DNA of 64,000 nucleotides, from positions 22,958,871 to 23,022,870 of the forward strand of contig NC_092676.1 in assembly GCF_964355755.1 (NCBI RefSeq). Reading direction: 5' to 3'. Shown one piece after another: positions 15,301 through 25,391 of this stretch (position 1 is the stretch's first letter; every line of letters begins with the position of its first letter). This DNA is from Antedon mediterranea (lineage: Eukaryota > Animalia > Echinodermata). The notes under the pieces were generated by a model that did not search any database, was not told the DNA's origin, and saw nothing but the letters and a program-made list of their open reading frames with translations. The translations under genes were made by a program, and so were the position numbers.

Positions 15301-18300
15301 TGGGTGTAATTAGGTTGACCGCACTCTAAAAGCTTACGTTTTATTCTATTCAAATTTAATAAATTTAGGCCAATTGTTTGTTTTTCCTTCTACACATAGC
15401 ATATTTTGTTCTGTGACCTGTACTTCCCCTTCTCATTATAACAAAATCTTGAATTTAAACGTTTAAATCACGGATTACAATCAAACAATTTAAAGCCTTA
15501 AGGATAGATTAACTTTTAGTTTGCTAAACAATAACGACGGTTTTATATTGCCATCAACAAAAGATTTTGTAGGACATTGAGAATAATTTGTTTGGATGAC
15601 CTGTACATGACCACTACTGTCCAGAAGTAGTAGGATATAGGATAAATATTTGGGTTTAAAGTAACCCTTGGAAATAAAATCATAATCAGAAGATTTAATT
15701 GATTTAATATAAAATAAAAAAAGGTTACTATTGGAATGCTCAAATATGCGAATACAATTAACTTGTTTCTTCTAATACTCTAAGTACTGGTGTTCTTTAT
15801 TGTTGCGATTTTCTATCCAGCAATTATTATTTTACCTATCCTTCGGCAATTTGGAATAACTTTGAACTTCATTCAGAAAATAACAAAAACGAGGACACAA
15901 AGCGCAGATCGTACGACAATTGTTTGGAAGAACAATAAAAAGTACCAGGTACGGTTGAGAACGAGAATAGGTGCATTGTCGTTATGTGGTAGGTACGAAG
16001 AGGAACTTCAGCAACCCAAATTCCGCGCATTCATACTATTTGTACAATAACAATTGCAAAGTTTCTCTACTTATGGGGTTGGACTACGGACCACATTTAT
16101 CATGTTTTGGTTGGGTTTTTTTTCTGATTGGTATTAACTATACATTCTACAAAAAAAAGGTTGTATTTTGGTTAATTCTTGTTTTGTTCATGGTGGTTCA
16201 AGATATTCCCTACATTGAAGTTCTTCATTCCACCTTATATTATTGCTCTAGTTATCAGTATCATCTTTTTACTAGAGACCAATCAGGATGTAAATTCCCT
16301 TTTGTGGGATGTGTAGAGAGCTATCACTGGTCAATAATATAAATGATTTCGTTTTTTGTTTGTTTTTATCTGTGTTGCTCATGATATTATGGTTTTGAAA
16401 CAAATCAAATCAAAATCACCATTTTCTTGATTCTGGAAACGCATTATGTTGTTATGAAAGGGACTTAATATTAATTGGTGAGATGTTGTCCCACCCGAGA
16501 ACTACTTGCAAATTTTTTCGCAAGTATTCTCAGATGTACTTAGTATAAAGTAGAAATTACGTCAGAGTAGGGCAAAACATCTGAATCAAAGCCACTCTAC
16601 AGTACTTTAAAAACAATTACAAAAGAACTTAACATTAATTATGAATCGAAGTTGTATAAATAGTTGGGTAAATAACTTTAGATATTAATCTAAAAGAACC
16701 TCCTTACACAATTTTTCTTTGTCTGAATCCTACGTTGAGATCGTGTCAAACTAATTATCAAAATAAAAAGTCAAAATTGCAAGAGATTTTTAATACAAAC
16801 TTTTACGATCAGATAAGAAAACGGTGTATATTGTTTCACAGCCGAAAAATTACCGATCCGCAAAAATCAGGTCAAGTGAGTGCTATGCGTTTGGTCACCG
16901 TGCATAAGCACAGAGTTTGGTAAAATAATTTATTATAATTGGGATTTGGTATGGTCAGTCGAAGCTACCACAACATCAAATGGTAAAACTTGGTTCCCAC
17001 TAGAGACGCAACGTAAACGCAACTTTGGCCAATCATAAGCTATGGATCATCCGAACTGTGGCTTGTGGTTGGTCAACTCGCTCTATGTCCTTGCGTTGCG
17101 TCACTACAGTAGTGAGAACCAAGCTAAAGCTTGGTTCCCACTAGAACGTAACGCAAGGACGTAAACGCAACGCAAGCGTTTTAACCAATCACAAGCGAAG
17201 TTATAGACAATTAGCAATCACAAGCCAATAAGCCATCGCTTGTGATTGGTCAATTCACTTGCGTTGCGTTACGTCCTTGCGTTGCGTCGCTAGTGGGAAC
17301 CACGCTTTAAGCATGGCTTATACATCATCATTGCAACGTAGCGCAACCTACGCAACGTAAGAACATGTCCTTCCAATAATTGTGCTTGCCCCCATCTGCC
17401 TGAAATCAAACCTGCGATGTTTGCAGCACTGTTGCGTCGTCGGTTCCCACTTGTGATTACACAATACAGCACTTTGCGTCAATACGTCGTAGCGTTGCGT
17501 TACGTTGCGTCGCTAGTGAGAACCACGCTTTAAGCTTAATTAACGACTGCGTACTATCTTTGAACGCATGGGCTGGGTCTACCTCTGCATCAGCAAAGTA
17601 TATGCCAAACATATTTCCCGGCTTAATACGCATTATAGAAAAAAAGAGGATCTTTGGCTGTATGTTGAACAAAGCCCTTTTCTATATGTTATATTGTTAT
17701 TATTTATTATGTTCTCTTGCTATATTTCCTAACTTTATGTTATGTTTATATTTTGCTAAAAGGTAGGCCTATAGATACGATAAAGTTTGTCTGTGTTCCA
17801 TCAAAAAATAAGTGCGTAAATGTTTACTTTCTCCTAAAGACAGGAGTTTATAATGATATAAATCGCAAAAATTGTCTTGATCATGCCTAACAGAAAGGTA
17901 CCCTTTTCTCATTTATAAACTAGAATATCAAGTTAAATTAATTTATGCCGAAGCTATATCGGGTGTTTACCGGTATACTAGAGATTGGGCGTTTCCTAAT
18001 GTTTAAATTCCGATACGTAACACATGTTTGTACACAAATATAGACTAAATATTAGCTTGCTTGTTGTGTATTTATCAAGGATCATTGCACATTAATAAAC
18101 GGCATAATATAATCTTGTTTTTCTTCGGTATTAAGGAGTGTCATCGATTACATACATATCGCACCGCGTCGTTGTTCCGCAACAAGAGCATTTTTATTTC
18201 GAGTCATCGCCTAATCAACAATAACGTCTATATTTACACGATCGAGTTTATACCAACACTAATAAGTTACAGCCATTTAAGTAAAAAGAAAAAACAAAAC

Positions 18301-19071
18301 GTATCAATGGAACGGTTTTAGCTTAAAAACCTTAAACCCAGTAGGATAGTGTGGAATGCATGGAGTGTATTTACAACTCTTAACTAATCAAGCAGGATTT
18401 AAACTGCAATTTAGCTTTAACAGACTGTTGCATCACAGCGTTATCTAAGCTGTAGCTTCTATCAATTTGTTACATCTTTGTTAAACTTTAAAAGATTTAT
18501 AAACTCACAAAATAAAAAGGCCACTGCAGAATGCATAGGAAATTATCAATCTGTCATGTATATTCTAGACCAGAGATGTTTACTTCCTTATGCTATTATT
18601 ATACGACTACAATTGTTGTGTATTACATTGTTAAATAATACCACTATTAGGAATAAAATCAAGTCAGACAGATTTGAAAAAAAGAACTCACTAAGCCATC
18701 GGAAGGAACTATAAATTAATCAACGCAGCGTCAGTAGACCGCGGCAATATACTTCCCCAGCTTATGTAACTAAATTGTTGGATCAGAGTATGGTGAATAT
18801 ATATACTATTATTAAGGATACAATCAACGCAGACTGTGTTGAAGTGAAAGTGTTTACAAGTAAAAGTGTATAAAGGCCTAGAAAGACAAATTGTATAGTA
18901 TACAAGATAGAACATTTAAAGACTTAAAAGATAATTTTACAAAGTTCAACAACAATAATTCGTAGATATGATATAGTAATAATAAAGATATTCAGTATGA
19001 CGTTAAAGCCTACCTTGGGCGTAAACAGCCACAAAAAAAGCAACCAACAGAATTCCAACTTGTCGAGCCAT
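3327..19071 (-). CDS. Secreted protein of signal peptide + 12 tandem EGF-like repeats (fibropellin/Notch-like EGF-repeat protein), 13 exons, 500 aa
   Basis: complement(join 19014-19071, 12141-12260, 11720-11854, 11205-11318, 10579-10701, 9970-10074, 9364-9483, 8774-8899, 8044-8157, 7439-7675, 6278-6391, 3905-4027, 3327-3340) = 1503 nt. All introns are GT-AG and phase 1, every EGF has six Cys, and the frame is open from [19 protein letters not shown] to ...GYNCETAP*. Confidence 0.85.
3905..4027 (-). CDS. EGF-repeat gene exon 12 (EGF12)
   Basis: [40 protein letters not shown]; ag|...|gtaagt, phase 1-1. Confidence 0.9.
4861..5588 (+). mobile_element. Non-autonomous Helentron/DINE-1-like (HINE) element in intron
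   Basis: Subterminal inverted repeat agtcgcgtg (4885-4893) / cacgcgact (5576-5584), GACC/GACA microsatellites near both ends, and terminal hairpin agtcgc-ttccac-gcgact followed by an A-run. Confidence 0.65.
6278..6391 (-). CDS. EGF-repeat gene exon 11 (EGF11)
   Basis: [37 protein letters not shown]; GT-AG, phase 1-1. Confidence 0.9.
7439..7675 (-). CDS. EGF-repeat gene exon 10 (EGF9+EGF10)
   Basis: [13 protein letters not shown]...[22 protein letters not shown]...GTNCEIS; lies inside ORF 7392..7736; GT-AG, phase 1-1. Confidence 0.92.
8044..8157 (-). CDS. EGF-repeat gene exon 9 (EGF8)
   Basis: [37 protein letters not shown]; GT-AG, phase 1-1. Confidence 0.9.
8774..8899 (-). CDS. EGF-repeat gene exon 8 (EGF7)
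   Basis: [41 protein letters not shown]; GT-AG, phase 1-1. Confidence 0.9.
9364..9483 (-). CDS. EGF-repeat gene exon 7 (EGF6)
   Basis: [39 protein letters not shown]; GT-AG, phase 1-1. Confidence 0.9.
9970..10074 (-). CDS. EGF-repeat gene exon 6 (EGF5, compact)
   Basis: [34 protein letters not shown]; GT-AG, phase 1-1. Confidence 0.88.
10579..10701 (-). CDS. EGF-repeat gene exon 5 (EGF4)
   Basis: [40 protein letters not shown]; GT-AG, phase 1-1. Confidence 0.88.
11205..11318 (-). CDS. EGF-repeat gene exon 4 (EGF3)
   Basis: [37 protein letters not shown]; GT-AG, phase 1-1. Confidence 0.9.
11648..11718. repeat. 18-bp minisatellite (~4 copies) abutting a splice donor
   Basis: ggacgttytggtcacttw repeated immediately next to the donor of exon 11720-11854. 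Confidence 0.75.
11720..11854 (-). CDS. EGF-repeat gene exon 3 (EGF2)
   Basis: [44 protein letters not shown]; inside ORF 11712..11996; GT-AG, phase 1-1. Confidence 0.9.
11940..12090. mobile_element. Degenerate MITE family A copy
   Basis: caaggacgca...gcaacgcaagc...ttgaccaat...attggtcaacttgcg...gtccttgcg internal palindrome; the termini are eroded. Confidence 0.55.
12141..12260 (-). CDS. EGF-repeat gene exon 2 (EGF1)
   Basis: [39 protein letters not shown]; GT-AG, phase 1-1. Confidence 0.9.
16987..17529. mobile_element. Three abutting Harbinger-type MITEs (16987-17125, 17128-17306, 17310-17529)
   Basis: TIR agc(t/g)tggttcccactag ... ctagtg(g/a)gaacca(c/a)gct, with elements separated by TAA/TTA triplets (17125-27, 17307-09, 17530-32). 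TWA target-site duplications are typical of PIF/Harbinger. Confidence 0.85.
19014..19071 (-). CDS. EGF-repeat gene exon 1 (signal peptide)
   Basis: ataATG GCT CGA CAA...GCC CAA G|gtaggc = [19 protein letters not shown]: basic N-region, hydrophobic core, V-Y-A cleavage-like site and a phase-1 donor matching the EGF exons. Confidence 0.8.
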
Positions 19072-19874
19072 TATATACGACGTGGTGAGTTACAGACTTT
19101 ACACTAACACTGAATGTCAATGTGCTTCTGCAAGGACTCAGTACTAACTTGTCGTTTTTAGGGTGCGTTATAGTCGACTATTGACTATTGTTCGCGGCTT
19201 TACTAATAGCGACAAAGGGACCCAGAGCTTAAAGAATAGAAGTATTAAGCATATATAATGTGTGTTACAATAAATGAACCGTAACGGTAAATGAATACTT
19301 AAATGGAAAACCTCATTATTGAATTGGCCCTATAAATCGATCGTGTGCCAGGGAGCGATGTCTATCGGTTCTATGTTTGAAAACGAATGCCAACATAACG
19401 ATCTTCAAAGATATTTAGCATTTTATTTCCTTAAGTTTACATAATACGTATAATGATGATGACTTAACCTTTCCAAAAGTTTGTAACAATATGTTTTCAA
19501 TGTATAAGGATAGAGATATTATAGTTAACTATATAATATGGTATAAGACAAGGTGTTTGTTCACTTTTTTACACTCGGCTAAATGTGTGTAAAACAGGGA
19601 GGTATGTGTGTAAAACAGGGAGGTTTATGTCTGTTTGGAATGACATGGTGACCTATTAATCAATGTTTACACATTTTAAAGATATTTAAAAAAATCATTG
19701 TAGAACCATATAATTATATTATATATTTATATTGATTATTGTACGTGACAAAAAAATATAAATTGATATGGTAACAAATATTGAAATACAAACACAATTG
19801 GTATATAAATACCTTCTGTTTCTGTTTTTTTTTGGTTCAACAAAAAAGTAATAATTTTACAGTTTAAACTTGGT

Positions 19875-19900
19875 CTAAGGAATGTAACAGATTGAGGTGG
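19875..19900 (-). CDS. Candidate terminal exon of the EGF block, (P)TSICYIP* (copies at 24138-24163 and 28401-28426)
   Basis: Good acceptor ttgttttcag|CC ACC TCA ATC TGT TAC ATT CCT TAG in phase 1. It is very short, so support is limited. Confidence 0.35.
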
Positions 19901-20945
19901 CTGAAAACAACGTAAAGATACATTGGTTTTAACGTTCTAGTTCTTTAGTTTAAAATGCTTTGAGTTACAATTGAAGAGTTTGTTGACTTCACAAGGTTTT
20001 TACAATGGGGTTCATTCACAATTACCAGTATTTTCAATGACCGGTCGTGACAGAGAGTCAAGTTCCATATTGTTGTAAATTCAATAGGAATCATGAATAG
20101 TGTGCTGTTCAATAGACTCATGGCAATACTATTTTTGGTAATACATCTATCGAAAATACAAGTCAATTTGTTTTTATATTTCATTGTCAATATTATTATT
20201 TCTTCAATGTGTGGGTGAAAGATCTACGTCTATCATAACTTCTTTGAATAGAATAATTTTAATGTAATTGGTGGTGTATATTAAACTTTCTTCGTTATCA
20301 TAACTTGTTTTTTTTTAAATTAGAAATAATAAAACAGATCGAATTCAGTATCTACTTTAACCATGAAAAGCAAACCTCAAAATTCCTTACAATCTTATTC
20401 ATTATTATTTAAAATCAAGACAGGGTGAGACTATACAGCATCATAACTCTCTGCCCCGATAAATATATTTCACTCTTTATTAAAATGGCTTTCCTATCCA
20501 ATAGTTAGCAATACAAAGTTGTGTAATGCTTTCGGGATCATTCATAGAAAGGAAAACGGAAGAATTAAAAATCCTAAAAGTTATGTTTAAATGGTTTTAG
20601 AATTTTGTCAACAATTGTCAAAAATAAGGAGTGTTCATTCGGCAGACATATAACAAATAATGACCCTGAAACGCAGACAGTGACACACAAACATGGCAGA
20701 ACAGAAATAATGAGATATTCTGCTATAGATAGATAATATACAGTCAGTTTCTAAATATATATAGCTGTATTTTATTATCGGTAATTTTGTATTTTTACAA
20801 TTATTTAGAATTTTTATTTGAGAATTAATGTCTATTGAGATTGTTTGTTGAAGCTATATAAAATGTTATATACAGCGGCTTCCAATTTCAATTGTTTTTT
20901 TTTTATAGTGCAGACGGTATATTCGAGTAAAAGAATTTTCACTGA

Positions 20946-21124
20946 AGCGTGGTTCCCACTAGCGACGCAACGCAAGGACGTAACGTAACGCAAGTGAATT
21001 GACCAATCACAAGCGATGGCTTATTCGCTTGTGATTGCTAACTGTCTATAACTTCGCTTGTCATTGGTTAAAACGCTTGCGTTGCGTTTACGTCCTTGCG
21101 TTGCGTTCTAGTGGGAACCACGCT
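20946..21124. mobile_element. MITE family A, intact 179-bp copy inserted in an EGF splice donor (copies at 25209-25387 and 29472-29650)
   Basis: Perfect 17-bp TIR agcgtggttcccactag/ctagtgggaaccacgct flanked by tga/tta. The empty site cac-tta-cgt is visible at the paralogous exon (21509-21517). Confidence 0.92.
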
Positions 21125-21128
21125 TTAC

Positions 21129-22621
21129 GTGCTGTTTCACATCTAGTTCCCGTATAGTCAGATGGACAGACACATGTATACATGTTTGTTCCATCGATGC
21201 ACGTAGCGCCACATGGGTTACTGGAACATTCATTTGTTGAAGCTGTATACAATTTTATTGATACATTTTTCATTGTTTTTAACTATAACAAATAAATCGT
21301 ATAATATACGTTTATTTCACAATCAAGATATACGTTAATTGTATTTTATTTTAATCATTTGGCATGCTTGCACGGGAGAAAAAGTAGGAAAGCTACTGCT
21401 GAAGGACGCGCGGCTCTCAATTCCAATTTTTTTAAACAAAGTTGATGCAGACGGTATCTATATATAAATTTACGTAAGGGCATAGGCCTAATTTAGTAAA
21501 AGAATTTTCACTTACGTGCTGTTTCACATCTAGTTCCAGTATAGTCAGATGGACAGATACATACATACTCGTTTGTTCCATCGATGCACGTAGCGCCATT
21601 TAAACATGGGTTACTGGAACATTCATTAGTTGAAGCTATATGTGTATAACATAATAAATATGTGTTAGCTTTCTTTCATGAACTAAAATAATTCAATGTC
21701 ATTAATTACTACAGTAAATTATTTAATGTTTTCATAATATCACGAAATTTCCATCTCAAATGTCTGTCTGAACCAGATAGGCCTACTATAGATCCAATCA
21801 GCAGTGCATATTTCAAATGACTAATGGGACCCCAGCTCCATATACAGCACCCGATATTCCTACATGTTCTCCCATAAGCTCTAACAAGTCAAACGTTGCT
21901 TAACATTGACGGTGATTTGACGAGAACCGATGTTTTCAATGGAATTGACTGATTATGGTTTAAAAAAATGGAAGAAGTTTACAATATGCATTCATTTATC
22001 TAATATTATGATACGCATGATATGTTGTATTATAGAATGTGTCTATAGCATAGTCATTTGTAGAGATACAGTACTTAGAGTCGGGTGATGTTCAAATACA
22101 GTACCATTTTGTCAAGTAATAAAATAGAAAGTTGTTTAAATATATTTCCCCTTACGTGCTGTTTCACATCTAGTGCCCGTATAGCCAGATGGACATGAGC
22201 AGTCATACCGGTTAGTCCCATCAGAGCATGTACCCCCATTCAAACATGGGTTACTCGCACATTCATTTATTGAAGCTATTTGTATAAAATTATAATGTGT
22301 TAGCTTTTTTAATTGAACTGAAATAATTCATTTTTATTTTATTTTTTATTTTTAAGTACATGAGGCCTAAATCAATCTTAAAATAATAAACAAGAATAAA
22401 AATATGATTACGGTTAAGTTAAAAATCAAATATATATTATTTTCTATTGGTTCAAAACATTTGTACAGACTATGATCTTGTTTAGTATAAGAAATTATAC
22501 TTACGTGTTTCACATCTAGTTCCCGTATAGCCAGATGGACAGATACATACATACTCGTTTGTTCCATCGATGCACGTAGCGTCATTTAAACATGGGTTAC
22601 TGGAACATTCATTTGTTGAAG
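21129..22621 (-). CDS. EGF exon block copy 1: four calcium-binding-type EGF exons
   Basis: Exons 22505-22621 ([38 protein letters not shown]), 22156-22275 ([39 protein letters not shown]), 21516-21635, and 21129-21242 (2-aa deletion). All are ag|CT...C|gtaa, phase 1-1. Confidence 0.8.
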
Positions 22622-22883
22622 CTATATTATTTGTAAAATGTTATAAATATGTTTTAGCTTTTTTTATTAAATTTTTTATTATTAAAATAATTTTAATAAT
22701 AATTAAAGTAATTGGTTGAAAACTTATGTAAGTTTACATTATGCCTTTATTTATCTAACCTTCTATGATACGCATGAGATATTGTATTATTGAATCAACG
22801 AAAAAAGACTTTAAAGTGTTACGAGACAAAATTGTTGATTTAATCCAGTTTAATATATTATTATGATCTTATTATGAGCTGCT

Positions 22884-23002
22884 GGGACGTCCCGTCGAAA
22901 GCGACTGAGTTCGCTGTAGGAGTCTCCCCCCCCCCCCGGGTCTAGCATGTGTGATGTATGTCTTATTGTTTGTTTTGTAAAATCCGGAATACATTGAATT
23001 GA
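22884..23002 (+). mobile_element. Probable LINE 3'-end remnant (GC-rich stem-loop + attga tail); copies in units 2 and 3
   Basis: gggac...gtcgaaagcgac...gtctccc fold-back followed by ccggaatacattgaattga. It is absent from the paralogous intron (22030-22055). Confidence 0.35.
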
Positions 23003-23105
23003 TACTGAAAAATATATTGTAATTTGTAGAGATACAGCACTTAGATTAGAATCGGGTGATGTTCAAATACAGTACCGTAGGTATGGAAAAATATGAATTG
23101 TGTTG

Positions 23106-23685
23106 GCTAAAATGTTTATGTTAAGAAATGTATGCTAAAATATGATTATTTTAAGAAATGAATGCTAAAATATGATTATGTTAAGAAATGAATGCTAAAA
23201 TATGATTATGTTAAGAAAAGAATGCTAAAATAGGATTATGTTAAGAAATGAATGCTAAAATATGATTATGTTAAGAAAAGAATGATAAAATATGATTATG
23301 TTAAGAAATGAATGATAAAATAGGATTATGTTAAGAAATGAATGCTAAAATATGATTATGTTAAGAAATGAATGATAAAATAGGATTATGTTAAGAAATG
23401 AATGCTAAAATATGATTGTGTTAAGAAATGAATGCTAAAATATGATTATGTTAAGAAATGAATGATAAAATAGGATTATGTTAAGAAATGAATGATAAAA
23501 TAGGATTATGTTAAGAAATGAATGCTAAAATATGATTATGTTAAGAAATGAATGCTAAAATATGATTATGTTAAGAAATGAATGCTAAAATATGATTATG
23601 TTAAGAAATGAATGATAAAATATGATTATGTTAAGAAATGAATGATAAAATAGGATTATGTTAAGAAATGAATGCTAAAATATGC
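23106..23685. repeat. 30-bp satellite (ttatgttaagaaatgaatgctaaaatatga)n, ~19 copies
   Basis: Direct tandem array at the right end of triplication unit 1. Confidence 0.95.
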
Positions 23686-25391
23686 ATGCATCCTTAAGTT
23701 TACATAATACGTATAATGATGATGACTTAACCTTTCCAAAAGTTTGTAACAATATGTTTTCAATGTATAAGGATAGAGATATTATAGTTAACTATATAAT
23801 ATGGTATAAGACAAGGTGTTTGTTCACTTTTTTACACTCGGCTAAATGTGTGTAAAACAGGGAGGTATGTGTGTAAAACAGGGAGGTTTATGTCTGTTTG
23901 GAATGACATGGTGACCTATTAATCAATGTTTACACATTTTAAAGATATTTAAAAAAATCATTGTAGAACCATATAATTATATTATATATTTATATTGATT
24001 ATTGTACGTGACAAAAAAATATAAATTGATATGGTAACAAATATTGAAATACAAACACAATTGGTATATAAATACCTTCTGTTTCTGTTTTTTTTTGGTT
24101 CAACAAAAAAGTAATAATTTTACAGTTTAAACTTGGTCTAAGGAATGTAACAGATTGAGGTGGCTGAAAACAACGTAAAGATACATTGGTTTTAACGTTC
24201 TAGTTCTTTAGTTTAAAATGCTTTGAGTTACAATTGAAGAGTTTGTTGACTTCACAAGGTTTTTACAATGGGGTTCATTCACAATTACCAGTATTTTCAA
24301 TGACCGGTCGTGACAGAGAGTCAAGTTCCATATTGTTGTAAATTCAATAGGAATCATGAATAGTGTGCTGTTCAATAGACTCATGGCAATACTATTTTTG
24401 GTAATACATCTATCGAAAATACAAGTCAATTTGTTTTTATATTTCATTGTCAATATTATTATTTCTTCAATGTGTGGGTGAAAGATCTACGTCTATCATA
24501 ACTTCTTTGAATAGAATAATTTTAATGTAATTGGTGGTGTATATTAAACTTTCTTCGTTATCATAACTTGTTTTTTTTTAAATTAGAAATAATAAAACAG
24601 ATCGAATTCAGTATCTACTTTAACCATGAAAAGCAAACCTCAAAATTCCTTACAATCTTATTCATTATTATTTAAAATCAAGACAGGGTGAGACTATACA
24701 GCATCATAACTCTCTGCCCCGATAAATATATTTCACTCTTTATTAAAATGGCTTTCCTATCCAATAGTTAGCAATACAAAGTTGTGTAATGCTTTCGGGA
24801 TCATTCATAGAAAGGAAAACGGAAGAATTAAAAATCCTAAAAGTTATGTTTAAATGGTTTTAGAATTTTGTCAACAATTGTCAAAAATAAGGAGTGTTCA
24901 TTCGGCAGACATATAACAAATAATGACCCTGAAACGCAGACAGTGACACACAAACATGGCAGAACAGAAATAATGAGATATTCTGCTATAGATAGATAAT
25001 ATACAGTCAGTTTCTAAATATATATAGCTGTATTTTATTATCGGTAATTTTGTATTTTTACAATTATTTAGAATTTTTATTTGAGAATTAATGTCTATTG
25101 AGATTGTTTGTTGAAGCTATATAAAATGTTATATACAGCGGCTTCCAATTTCAATTGTTTTTTTTTTATAGTGCAGACGGTATATTCGAGTAAAAGAATT
25201 TTCACTGAAGCGTGGTTCCCACTAGCGACGCAACGCAAGGACGTAACGTAACGCAAGTGAATTGACCAATCACAAGCGATGGCTTATTCGCTTGTGATTG
25301 CTAACTGTCTATAACTTCGCTTGTCATTGGTTAAAACGCTTGCGTTGCGTTTACGTCCTTGCGTTGCGTTCTAGTGGGAACCACGCTTTAC

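Noticed and set aside
19945-20190. 81-aa ORF repeated three times (also the 72-aa ORF at 22367)
   Set aside because: Recurrence reflects the triplication only. The first has no recognisable domain, and the second is an off-frame reading of an EGF exon.
22884-22940. Self-cleaving ribozyme (hammerhead/HDV-like)
   Set aside because: It has hairpins and GAAA, but I could not place a CUGANGA core or the HDV nested pseudoknot on either strand.
23106-23685. CRISPR-like array of 30-bp repeats
   Set aside because: Monomers are contiguous with no unique spacers, there are no cas genes, and the context is eukaryotic.
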